A DNA stretch of 64,000 nt from the human T2T-CHM13v2.0 reference genome, Homo sapiens, in assembly GCF_009914755.1 (NCBI RefSeq), contig NC_060948.1. One strand, 5' to 3'. This document shows positions 14,182 through 28,385 of the stretch, in pieces (the stretch's first letter is position 1; every line of letters starts with the position of its first letter). A program made the position numbers and the translations under genes. The notes beneath the pieces are model-generated. The model searched no databases and had not been told where the DNA came from. It saw only the letters and a program-made list of their open reading frames with translations.

Positions 14182-17100
14182 GGAATGGATTCGAATGGAA
14201 GGCAAAGGAATGGAATCTATTGGAATGGACTGTAATGGAATGGAATGGAAGGGATTGGAATGGACTCGAATGGAATGGACTGCAATAGAAAAGATTCGAA
14301 TGGAATGAAAAAGAATTGAATGGAATAGAACAGAATGGAATCAAATCGAATGAAATGGAATGGAAGAGAAAGGAATGGAATGAAATGGAATGGAAAGGAT
14401 TCGAATGGAATGCAATCGAATGGAATGCAATCGAATGGAATGGAATCGAACGGAATGGAATAAAATGGAAGAAAACTGGCAAGAAATGGAATCGAAATGA
14501 ATGGAGTGTTATGGAACGGACTCAAAAGGAATTGAATGTAATAGAATGGAGTGGAGTGGACTCGAATATAATGGACTGGAATGGAATGAAATCACATGGA
14601 ATGGGAACGAATGGAATGGAATGGAAAGGAATGGAATGGAAAGGAATGGAATCGAATGGAAAGGAATCGAATGGAAGGGAATGAAATTGAATCAACAGGA
14701 ATGGAAGGAAGTAGAATAGACGGTAATGGAATGGACTCGAATAGAATGGACACTAATGCTCAAATTGAATGGACTCGAATGGAATGGAAACGAAAGGAAT
14801 GTCGTCGAATGGAATTGAATCGATTGGAATGAAATCGCATAGAATGGAGTGGAATCAAATGGAATTGAATCGAAAGGAAAGGAAGCGAATGGTCTGAAAT
14901 GAAATGGAATGGAATTGAATGGAAAGTAATGCAAGGGAATAGAATGGAACGAAATTTCACGGAATGGAATCAAACTGAATGGAATCAAATCAATGGAATA
15001 TAGTCAAATGGCATGGAAAGGAATTGAATGGAGTAGATTGGATTGGATGGGATTGGAATGAAATGTACTGGAAAGGACTCGAATTTCATGAAATGGAATG
15101 GAATGAACTGGAACGGAATGGACTCGAATGGAATGGAATGTCATGGAATGGCATCAAATGGAATGGCATCAAATGGAATGGAATCGAATGCAATGGAATG
15201 CTATGGAATGGAATGGAATGCATTGGAATGGAATGTCCCCTAATGGAATGGATTCGAGTGGAATGGAATCGAATATAATGGAGTCGAATGAAATGGAATT
15301 GAAAGGAAAGGGATCGAATACAATGGAATATACTGGAATGTAATGTAATGAACTCGAATGTAATTGACTAGAATGGAATGTACATGAATGGAATGTAATC
15401 GAATGGAAAATAATCTCATGGAATAGAATCTAATGCAATAAAATCGACTCAAATAGAATAGAATGGAATGGAATGGAGTGCAGTGCAATGGAATGGAATG
15501 GAATGGAATGCAATGGAATGGAATGGAATGGGATGGAATGGTATGGGATGGATAGAAATGGACTGGAGTGAAATGGACTGGAAAGTAATGCACTCAAATT
15601 GAAAGAGCTCGAAAGAATGGAGTCAAATGGAATGTTCTGGAATGGAATGAACACGAATGTAATGCAATCCAATAGAATGGAATCGAATGGCATGGAATAT
15701 AAAGAAATGGAATCGAAGAGAATGGAAACGAATGGAATGGAATTGAATGGAATGGGAACGAATGGAGTGAAATTGTATGCAGTAGAAGAGAATAGAATGG
15801 AATGCAAGCGAAATTAAAGGAATGGATTGGAATGGAATGGAATTCATTGGAATGGAAGGGAATGTATTGCAATGGACAGGCCTTTAATAAAGTGGAATGC
15901 TACGGTCTCGAATGGAATAAAAAAGTATGGAATGGAATTCAATGAAACGGAATCGAATGTCATAGAATGTAATGGAATGCAAAAAAATGGAATCCAAAAT
16001 CATTGACTGGAAAGGCTGGGTGTCGAAAGGAATTGACTCCAATGGAATGGAATCGAATGGAATGGAAGTGAATAGAATGGAACTAAATCGAATGGAATGG
16101 AATTGATAGGAACGGAATGGAAAGGAATGCAATGATTTGGCATGGAATGGAATCGAATGGCATCGAATGGAATGGAATGGAATGCAATGGAATGGAATGT
16201 ATTAGAATGTAATGAACTTTAATGGAATGTACTCGAATGGATTCGACTGGAATGGAATGTTCTGGAAGTAAATGGACTCCAATGGAATGGATTCAAAAGG
16301 AATGGAGTCGTACGGAATGGAATCTAATGGAATGGAATTAAATGGAAATGAATCAAATTGAATAGAACGGAATTGAATTGAATGGAATGGAATGCAATGG
16401 AATCTAATGAAACGGAAAGGAAAGGAATGCAATGGAATGGAATGGGCTGGAATGGAAAGGAATCGAAACGAATGGAATGGAATCGAACTGAAGAGACTGG
16501 AATGGAATGCACTGGAATGGAAGGGAGTGTAATGGAAGGTTCTCGAAAAAAATGGAATCGAATGGAATGGAATTGAGTGGAACGGAATAGAGTCGAATGG
16601 AATTGAATGGAATGGAATGGACTAGAGTGAAATGGAATCGAACCACAAGGAATGGACAGGAATAGAATGGTCTCGAATTGAATGGAATCGTATGGAATGG
16701 CATCAAACGGAATGGAATGGACAGCCACGGAATGGAATGCACTCGAATGCAATGGAGTCGAAACTAATGGACTGGAATAGAATGGACTCGACTGGTACGG
16801 ACTCCAATGGAATGGAATCGAATGGAAGGGAATCGAACGGAATGGACTCGAAGGGAAAAGACTGCAATGGAAAGGTCTCGAATGGAATGGAAATTAATGG
16901 AATGGAACGGAATCGAATGAAATGGAGTCAAAAGGAATGGAATCGAATGGCAAGAAATCGAATGTAATGGAATCGCAAGGAATTGATGCGAACGGAACGG
17001 AATGGAATGGAATCCAAAGGAATGGAATAGAATGGAATGGAATCGAATGGAAAGGACTCGAATGGAAATCACTCGAATAGAATGCAATTTAATAAAATAG

Positions 17101-17729
17101 GATCAAATGTAATGGAATGGAATGGAAAGGAATCGAAACGAAAGGAATGGAGACAGATGGAATGGAATGGAACAGAGAGCAATGGTATAGAATGGAATGG
17201 AATCATCTGGAATGGAATTGAATGGAATGGAATAATATGAAATGGAATGGAATGGAATGGAATGCCCTTGAATTAAATGGACTGGAATGGAATGGACTCA
17301 AACAGAGTGGAATGGAAAGTGTGGATATAGAATGGAATGAACTCCTTTGGAATGGTCTAGTAGACAATGCAATCGACTGGCAGGGAATCAAAAGGAATGT
17401 AATCGAATGGATTGGACTGGAATACAATGGACTCGAATAGATTGGAAACGGAATGCAAAGGAATGGAATGGAATAGTATGGAATGGTATGGAAAGTAATG
17501 GAGTGGAATAGACTAGAGTGGAATGGAATGGAGTGGAAAGCAATGGAATGGAATGGAACATTCTTGAATGGACTGGAATCAAACGGAATGGAATGCAATG
17601 CAATCAAATGGCATGGAATAAAATAGAATGAAAGAGAATCAAATGGAATTGAATCGAATGGAATCGAATGGATTGGAAAGGAATAGAATGGAATGGAATT
17701 TAATTGACTCAAATGGAATGGACTAGAAT
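14182..17729. repeat. DYZ1 unit 5 (3548 bp; 5' half strongly diverged)
   Basis: Anchor at 14182; GGCC at 15879; many private substitutions and indels. Confidence 0.92.
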
Positions 17730-20700
17730 GGAATGGATTCGAATGGAAGGCAAATGAATGGAATCTATTGGAATGGACTGTAATGGAATGGAATGGAAGG
17801 GATTGGAATGGACTCGAATGGAATGGACTGCAATAGAAAGGATTCGAATGGAATGAAAAAGAATTGAATGGAATAGAACAGAATGGAATCAAATCGAATG
17901 AAATGGAATGGAAGAGAAAGGAATGGAATGAAATGGAATGGAAAGGATTCGAATGGAATGCAATCGAATGGAATGGAATCGAATGGAATGGAATAAAATG
18001 GAAGAAAACTGGCAAGAAATGGAATCGAAATGAATGGAGTGTTATGGAACGGACTCAAAAGGAATTGAATGTAATAGAATGGAGTGGAGTGGACTCGAAT
18101 ATAATGGACTGGAATGGAATGAAATCACATGGAATGGGAACGAATGGAATGGAATGGAAAGGAATGGAATCGAATGGAAAGGAATCGAACGGAAGGGAAT
18201 GCAATTGAATCAACAGGAATGGAAGGGAATAGAATAGACGGTAATGGAATGGACTCGAATAGAATGGACACGAATGCTCAAATTGAATGGACTCGAATGG
18301 AATGGAAACGAAAGGAATGTCATCGAATGGAATTGAATCGATTGGAATGAAATCGCATAGAATGGAGTGGAATCAAATGGAATTGAATCGAAAGGAAAGG
18401 AAGCGAATGGACTGAAATGAAATGGAATGGAATGGAATGGAAAGTAATGCAATGGAATAGAATGGAACGAAATTTCACGGAATGGAATGAAACTGAATGG
18501 AATCAAATCAATGGAATCTAATCAAGTGGAATGGAAAGGAATTGAATGGAGTAGATTGGATTGGATGGGATTGGAATGAAATGTACTGGAAAGGACTCGA
18601 ATTTCATGAAACGGAATGGAATGAATTGGAACGGAATGGACTCGAATGGAATGGAATGTCATGGAATGGCATCAAATGGAATGGCATCAAATGGAATGGA
18701 ATCGAATGCAATGGAATGCTATGGAATGGAATGGAATGCATTGGAATGGAATGTCCTCTAATGGAATGGATTCGAGAGGAATGGAATTGAATATAATGGA
18801 GTCGAATGAAATGGAATTGAAAGGAATGGGATCGAATACAATGGAATATACTGGAATGTAATGTAATGAACTTGAATGTAATTGACTGTAATGGAATGTA
18901 CATGAATGGAATGTAATCGAATGGAAAGTAATCCAATGGAATAGAATCTAATGCAATAAAATCGACTCAGATAGAGTAGAATGTAATGGAATGGAGTGCA
19001 GTGCAATGGAATGGAATGGAATGGAATGCAATGGAATGGAATGGAATGGAATGGAATGGAATGGAATGGAATGGAATGGTGTGGAATGGATAGTAATGGA
19101 CTGGAGTGAAATGGACTGGAAATGAATGGACTCAAATTGAAAGGGCTCGAAAGGAATGGAGTCAAATGGAATGGTCTGGAATGGAATGAACACGAATGTA
19201 ATGCAATCCAATAGAATGGAATCGAATGGCATGGAATATAAAGAAATGGAATCGAAGAGAATGGAAACAAATGGAATGGAATTGAATGGAATGGAATTGA
19301 ATGGAATGGGAACGAATGGAGTGAAATTGTATGCAGTAGAAGAGAATAGAATGGAATGCAAGCGAAAGGAAAGGAATGGATTGGAATGGAATGGAATTCA
19401 TTGGAATGGAAGGGAATGTAGTGTAATGGACAGGCCTGGAATAAAGTGGAATGCTACGGTCTCGAATGGAATAAAAATGTATGGAATGGAATGCAATGAA
19501 ACGGAATCGAATGTCATAGAATGTAATGGAATGCAAAAAAATGGAATCCAAAATCATTGACTGGAAAGGCTGGATGTCGAAAGGAATTGACTCCAATGGA
19601 ATGGAATCGAATGGAATGGAAGTGAATAGAATCGAACTAAATCGAATGGAATGGAATTGATAGGAACGGAATGGAAAGGAATGCAATGATTTTGCATGGA
19701 ATGGAAACGAATGGTATCTAATGGAATGGAATGTAATGTAATGGAATGGAATGTATTAGAATGTAATGAACTTTAATGGAATGTACTCGAATGGATTCGA
19801 CTGGAATGGAATGTTCTGGAAGTGAATGGACTCCAATGGAATGGATTCAAACGGAATGGAATCGTACGGAATGGAATCTAATGGAATGGAATTAAATGGA
19901 AATGAATCAAATTGAATAGAACGGAATTGAATTGAATGGAATGGAATGCAATGGAATCTAATGAAACGGAAAGGAAAGGAATGGAATGGAATGGAATGGG
20001 CTGGAATGGAAAGGAATCGAAACGAATGGAATGGAATCGAACTGAAGAGACTGGAATGGAATGCACTGGAATGGAAGGGAGTGTAATGGAAGGTTCTCGA
20101 AAAAAATGGAATCGAATGGAATGGAATTGAATGGAACGGAATAGAGTCGAATGGAATTGAATGGAATGGAATGGACTAGAGTGAAATGGAATCGAACCAC
20201 AAGGAATGGACAGGAATAGAATGGTCTCGAATTGAATGGAATCGTATGGAATGGCATCAAACGGAATGGAATGGACAGCCACGGAATGGAATGCACTCGA
20301 ATGCAATGGAGTCGAAACTAATGGATGGAATAGAATGGACTCGACTGGTACGGACTCCAATGGAATGGAATCGAATGGAAGGGAATCGAACGGAATGGAC
20401 TCGAAGGGAAAAGACTGCAATGGAAAGGTCTCCAATGGAATGGAAATTAATGGAATGGAATGGAATCGAATGAAATGGAGTCAAAAGGAATGGAATCGAA
20501 TGACAAGAAATCGAATGTAATGGAATCGCAAGGAATTGATGTGAACTGAACGGAATGGAATGGAATCCAAAGGAATGGAATAGAATGGAATGGAATCGAA
20601 TGGAAAGGACTCGAATGGAAATCACTCGAATAGAATGCAATTTAATAAAATAGGATCAAATGTAATGGAATGGAATGGAAAGGAATCGAAACGAAAGGAA

Positions 20701-21287
20701 TGGAGACAGATGGAATGGAATGGAACAGAGAGCAATGGTATAGAATGGAATGGAATCATCTGGAATGGAATTGAATGGAATGGAATAATATGAAATGGAA
20801 TGGAATGGAATGGAATGGAATGCCCTTGAATTAAATGGACTGGAATGGAATGGACTCGAACAGAGTGGAATGGAAAGTGTTGAGATAGAATGGAATGGAC
20901 TCCTTCGGAATGGTGTAGTATGCAATGCAATCGACTGGCAGGGAATCAAAAGGAATGTAATGGAATGGATTGGACTGGAATGCAATGGACTCGAATAGAT
21001 TGGAAACGGAATGCAAAGGAATGGAATGGAATAGTATGGAATGGAATGGAAAGGAATGGAGTGGAATAGACTAGAGTGGAATGGAATGGACTGGAAAGCA
21101 ATGGACTGGAATGGAACATTCTTGAATGGACTGGAATCAAACGGAATGGAATGCAATGCAATCAAATGGCATAGAATAAGATAGAATGAAAGAGAATCAA
21201 ATGGAATTGAATGGAATGGAATCGAATGGATTGGAAAGGAATAGAATGGAATGGAATGGAATTGACTCAAATGGAATGGACTAGAAT
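17730..21287. repeat. DYZ1 unit 6 (3558 bp)
   Basis: Anchor at 17730; GGCC at 19433; 1-bp deletion near 20325. Confidence 0.92.
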
Positions 21288-24200
21288 GGAATGGATTCGA
21301 ATGGAAGGCAAAGGAATGGAATCTATTGGAATGCACTGTAATGGAATGCAATGGAAGGGATTGGAATGGACTCGAATGGAATGGACTGCAATAGAAAGGA
21401 TTCGAATGGAATGAAAAAGAATTGAATGGAATAGAACAGAATGGAATCAAATCGAATGAAATGGAATGGAATAGAAAGGAATGGAATGAAATGGAATGGA
21501 AAGGATTCGAATGGAATGCAAACGAATGGAATGGAATCGAACGGAATGGAATAAAATGGAAGAAAACTGGCAAGAAATGGAATCGAAATGAATGGAGTGT
21601 TATGGAAGGGACTCAAAAGGAATTGAATGTAATAGAATGGAGTGGAGTGGACTCGAATATAATGGACTGGAATGGAATGAAATCACATGGAATGGGAACG
21701 AATGGAATGGAATGGAAAGGAATGGAATCGAATGGAAAGGAATCGAATGGAAGGGAATGAAATTGAACCAACAGGAATGGAAGGGAATAGAATAGACCGT
21801 AATGGAATGGACTCGAATAGAATGGACACGAATGCTCAAATTGAATGGACTCGAATGGAATGGAAACGAAAGGAATGTCATCGAATGGAATTGAATCGAT
21901 TGGAATGAAATCGCATAGAATGGAGTGGAATCAAATGGAATTGAATCGAAAGGAAAGGAAGCGAATGGACTGAAATGAAATGGAATGGAATTGAATGGAA
22001 AGTAATGCAATGGAATAGAATGGAACGAAATTTCACGGAATGGAATCAAACTGAATGGAATCAAATCAATGGAATCTAATCAAATGGAATGGAAAGGAAT
22101 TGAATGGAGTAGATTGGATTGGATGGGATTGGAATGAAATGTACTGGAAAGGACTCGAATTTCATGAAACGGAATGGAATGAATTGGAACGGAATGGACT
22201 CGAATGGAATGGAATGTCATGGAATGGCATCAAATGGAATGGCATCAAATGGAATGGAATCGAATGCAATGGAATGCTATGGAATGGAATGGAATGCATT
22301 GGAATGGAATGTCCTCTAATGGAATGGATTCCAGTGGAATGGAATCGAATATAATGGAGTCGAATGAAATGGAATTGAAAAGAATGGGATCGAATACAAT
22401 GGAATATACTGGAATGTAATGTAATGAACTCGAATGTAATTGTCTGGAATGGAATGTATATGAATGGAATGTAATCGAATGGAAAGTAATCCAATGGAAT
22501 AGAATCTAATGCAATAAAATCGACTCAGATAGAGTAGAATGTAATGGAATGGAGTGCAGTGCAATGGAATGGAATGGAATGGAATGCAATGGAATGGAAT
22601 GGAATGGAATGGAATGGGATGGAATGGTATGGAATGGATAGTAATGGACTGGAGTGAAATGGACTGGAAAGGAATGGACTCAAATTGAAAGGGCTCGAAA
22701 GGAATGGAGACAAATGGAATGGTCTGGAATGGAATGAATACGAATGTAAGGCAATCCAATAGAATGGAGTCGAATGGCATGGAATATAAAGAAATGGAAT
22801 CGAAGAGAATAGAAACAAATGGAATGGAATTGAATGGAATGGAATTGAATGGAATGGGAACGAATGGAGTGAAATTGTATGCAGTAGAAGAGAATAGAAT
22901 GGAATGCAAGCGAAAGGAAAGGAATGGATTGGAATGGAAAGGAATTCATTGGAATGGAAGGGAATGTAGTGTAATGGACAGGCCTGGAATAAAGTGGAAT
23001 GCTACGGTCTCGAGTGGAATAAAAATGTATGGATTGGAATGCAATGAAACGGAATCGAATGTCATAGAATGTAATGGAATGCAAAAAAATGGAATCCAAA
23101 ATCATTGACTGGAAAGGCTGGGTGTCGAAAGGAATTGACTCCAATGGAATGGAATCGAATGGAATGGAAGTGAATAGAATCGAACTAAATCGAATGGAAT
23201 GGAATTGATAGGAACGGAATGGAAAGGAATGCAATGATTTGGCATGGAATGGAATCGAATGGCATCGAATGGAATGGAATGGAATGCAATGGAATGGAAT
23301 GTATTAGAATGTAATGAACTTTAATGGAATGTACTCGAAAGGATTTGACTGGAATGGAATGTTCTGGAAGTGAATGGACTCCAATGGAATGGTTTCGAAA
23401 GGAATGGACTCGTACGGAATGGAATCTAATGGAATGGAATTAAATGGAAATGAATCAAATTGAATAGCACGGAATTGAATTGAATGGAATGGAATGCAAT
23501 GGAATCTAATGAAAGGGAAAGGAAAGGAATGCAATGGAATGGAATGGGCTGGAATGGAAAGGAATCGAAACGAATGGAATGGAATCGAACTGAATAGACT
23601 GGAATGGAATGCACTGGAATGGAAGGGAGTGTAATGGAAGGTTCTCGAAAAAAATGGAATCGAATGGAATGGAATTGAGTGGAACGGAATAGAGTCGAAT
23701 GGAATTGAATGGAATGGAATGGACTAGAGTGAAATGGAAACGAACCACAAGGAATGGACAGGAATAGAATGGTCTCGAATTGAATGGAATCGTATGGAAT
23801 GGCATCAAACGGAATGGAATGGACAGCCACGGAATGGAATGCACTCGAATGCAATGGAGTCGAAACTAATGGACTGGAATAGAATGGACTCGACTGGTAC
23901 GGACTCCAATGGAAGGGAATCGAATGGAAGCGAATCGAACGGAATGGACTCGAAGGGAAAAGACTGCAATGGAAAGGTCTCGAATGGAATGGAAATTAAT
24001 GGAATGGAATGGAATCGAATGAAATGGAGTCAAAAGGAATGGAATCGAATGGCAAGAAATCGAATGTAATGGAATCGCAAGGAATTGATGTGAACGGAAC
24101 GGAATGGAATGGAATCCAAAGGAATGGAATAGAATGGAATGGAATCGAATGGAAAGGACTCGAATGGAAATCACTCGAATAGAATGCAATTTAATAAAAT

Positions 24201-24836
24201 AGGATCAAATGTAATGGAATGGAATGGAAAGGAATCGAAACGAAAGGAATGGAGACCGATGGAATGGAATGGAACAGAGAGCAATGGTATAGAATGGAAT
24301 GGAATCATCTGGAATGGAATTGAATGGAATGGAATAATATGAAATGGAATGGAATGGAATGGAATGGAATGCCCTTGAATTAAATGGACTGGAATGGAAT
24401 GGACTCGAACAGAGTGGAATGGAAAGTGTTGAGATAGAATGGAATGGACTCCTTTGGAATGGTGTAGTATGCAATGTAATCGACTGGCAGGGAATCAAAA
24501 GGAATGTAATCGAATGGATTGGACTGGAATGCAATGGACTCGAATAGATTGGAAACGGAATGCAAAGGAATGGAATGGAATAGTATGGAATGTAATGGAA
24601 AGGAATGGAGTGGAATAGACTAGAGTGGAATGGAATGGACTGGAAAGCAATGGACTGGAATGGAACTTTCTTGAATGGACTGGAATCAAACGGAATGGAA
24701 TGCAATGCAATCAAATGGCATGGAATAAAATAGAATGAAAGAGAATCAAATGGAATTGAATCGAATGGAATCGAATGGATTGGAAAGGAATAGAATGGAA
24801 TGGAATGGAATTGACTCAAATGGAATGGACTAGAAT
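21288..24836. repeat. DYZ1 unit 7 (3549 bp)
   Basis: Anchor at 21288; GGCC at 22981. Confidence 0.92.
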
Positions 24837-27800
24837 GGAATGGATTCGAATGGAAGGCAAAGGAATGGAATCTATTGGAATGGAATGTAATGGAATGGAA
24901 TGGAAGGGATTGGAATGGACTCGAATGGAATGGACTGCAATAGAAAGGATTCGAATGGAATGAAAAAGAATTGAATGGAATAGAACAGAATGGAATCAAA
25001 TCGAATGAAATGGAATGGAATAGAAAGGAATGGAATGAAATGGAATGGAAAGGATTCGAATGGAATGCAATCGAATGGAATGGAATCGAACGGAATGGAA
25101 TAAAATGGAAGAAAACTGGCAAGAAATGGAATCGAAATGAATGGAGTGTTATGGAACGGACTCAAAAGGAATTGAATGTAATAGAATGGAGTGGAGTGGA
25201 CTCGAATATAATGGACTGGAATGGAATGAAATCACATGGAATGGGAACGAATGGAATGGAATGGAAAGGAATGGAATCGAATGGAAAGGAATCGAATGGA
25301 AGGGAATGAAATTGAATCAACAGGAATGGAAGGGAATAGAATAGACGGTAATGGAATGGACTCGAATAGAATGGACACGAATGCTCAAATTGAATGGACT
25401 CGAAAGGAATGGAAAGGAAAGGAATGTCATCGAATGGAATTGAATCGATTGGAATGAAATCGCATAGAATGGAGTGGAATCAAATGGAATTGAATCGAAA
25501 GGAAAGGAAGCGAATGGACTGAAATGAAATGGAATGGAATTGAATGGAAAGTAATGCAATGGAATAGAATGGAACGAAATTTCACGGAATGGAATCAAAC
25601 TGAATGGAATCAAATCAATGGAATCTAATCAAATGGAATGGAAAGGAATTGAATGGAGTAGATTGGATTGGATGGGATTGGAATGAAATGTACTGGAAAG
25701 GACTCGAATTTCATGAAACGGAATGGAATGAATTGGAACGGAATGGACTCGAATGGAATGGAATGTCATGGAATGGCATCAAATGGAATGGCATCAAATG
25801 GAATGGAATCGAATGCAATGGAATGCTATGGAATGGAATGGAATGCATTGGAATGGAATGTCCTCTAATGGAATAGATTCGAGTGGAATGGAATCGAATA
25901 TAATGGAGTCGAATGAAATGGAATTGAAAAGAATGGGATCGAATACAATGGAATATACTGGAATGTAATGTAATGAACTCGAATATAATTGACTGGAATG
26001 GAATGCACATGAATGGAATGTAATCGAATAGAAAGTAATCCAATGGAATAGAATGTAAAGCAATAAAATCGACTCAGATAGAGTAGAATGTAATGGAATG
26101 GAGTGTAGTGCAATGGAATGGAATGGAATGGAATGCAATGGAATGGAATGGAATGGAATGGAATGGGATGGAATGGTATGGAATGGATAGTAATGGACTG
26201 GAGTGAAATGGACTGGAAAGGAATGGACTCAAATTGAAAGGGCTCGAAAGGAATGGAGACAAATGGAATGGTCTGGAATGGAATGAACACGAATGTAATG
26301 CAATCCAATAGAATGGAGTCGAATGGCAGGGAATATAAAGAAATGGAATCGAAGAGAATGGAAACAAATGGAATGGAATTGAATGGAATGGAATTGAATG
26401 GAATGGGAACGAATGGAGTGAAATTGTATGCAGTAGAAGAGAATAGAATGGAATGCAAGCGAAAGGAAAGGAATGGATTGGAATGGAATGGAATTCATTG
26501 GAATGGAAGGGAATGTAGTGTAATGGACAGGCCTGGAATAAAGTGGAATGCTACGGTCTCCAATGGAATAAAAATGTATGGAATGGAATGCAATGAAACG
26601 GAATCGAATGTCATAGAATGTAATGGAATGCAAAAAAATGGAATCCAAAATCATTGACTGGAAAGGCTGGGTGTCGAAAGGAATTGACTCCAATGGAATG
26701 GAATCGAATGGAATGGAAGTGAATAGAATCAAACTAAATCGAATGGAATGGAATTGATAGGAACGGAATGGAAAGGAATGCAATGATTTGGCATGGAATG
26801 GAATCGAATGGCATCAAATGGAATGGAATGGAATGCAATGGAATGGAATGTATTAGAATATAATGAACTTTAATGGAATGTACTCGAATGGATTCGACTG
26901 GAATGGAATGTTCTGGAAGTGAATGGACTCCAATGGAATGGATTCCAAAGGAATGGAATCGTACGGAATGGAATCTAATGGAATGGAATTAAATGGAAAT
27001 GAATCAAATTGAATAGCACGGAATTGAATTGAATGGAATGGAATGCAATGGAATCTAATGAAACGGAAAGGAAAGGAATGCAATGGAATGGAATGGGCTG
27101 GAATGGAAAGGAATCGAAACGAATGGAATGGAATCGAACTGAAGAGACTGGAATGGAAAGCACTGGAATGGAAGGGAGTGTAATGGAAGGTTCTCGAAAA
27201 AAATGGAATCGAATGGAATGGAATTGAATGGAACGGAATAGAGTCGAATGCAATTGAATGGAATGGAATGGACTAGAGTGAAATGGAATCGAACCACAAG
27301 GAATGGACAGGAATAGAATGGTCTCGAATTGAATGGAATCGTATGGAATGGCATCAAACGGAATGGAATGGACAGCCACGGAATGGAATGCACTCGAATG
27401 CAATGGAGTCGAAACTAATGGACTGGAATAGAATGGATTCGACTGGTACGGACTCCAATGGAATGGAATCGAATGGAAGGGAATCGAACGGAATGGACTC
27501 AAAGGGAAAAGACTGCAATGGAAAGGTCTCGAATGGAATGGAAATTAATGGAATGGAATGGAATCGAATGAAATGGAGTCAAAAGGAATGGAATCGAATG
27601 GCAAGAAATCAAATGTAATGGAATCGCAAGGAATTGATGTGAACGGAACGGAATGGAATGGATTCCAAAGGAATGGAATAGAATGGAATGGAATCGAATG
27701 GAAAGGACTCGAATGGAAATCACTCGAATAGAATGCAATTTAATAAAATAGGATCAAATGTAATGGAATGGAATGGAAAGGAATCGAAACGAAAGGAATG

Positions 27801-28385
27801 GAGACCGATGGAATGGAATGGAACAGAGTGCAATGGTATAGAATGGAATGGAATCATCTGGAATGGAATTGAATGGAATGGAATAATATGAAATGGAATG
27901 GAATGGAATGGAATGGAATGCCCTTGAATTAAATGGACTGGAATGGAATGGACTCGAACAGATTGGAATGGTAAGTGTTGAGATAGAATGGAATGGACTC
28001 CTTTAGAATGGTGTAGTATGCAATGTAATCGACTGGCAGGGAATCAAAAGGAATGTAATCGAATGGATTGGACTGGAATGCAATGGACTCGAATAGATTG
28101 GAAACGGAATGCAAAGGAATGGAATGGAATAGTATGGAATGGAATGGAAAGGAATGGAGTGGAATAGACTAGAGTGGAATGGAATGGACTGGAAAGCAAT
28201 GGACTGGAATGGAACTTTCTTAAATGGACTGGAATCAAACGGAATGGAATGCAATGCAATCAAATGGCATGGAATAAAATAGAATGAAAGAGAATCAAAT
28301 GGAATTGAATCGAATGGAATCGAATGGATTGGAAAGGAATAGAATGGAATGGAATGGAATTGACTCAAATGGAATGGACTAGAAT
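24837..28385. repeat. DYZ1 unit 8 (3549 bp)
   Basis: Anchor at 24837; GGCC at 26530. Confidence 0.92.
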
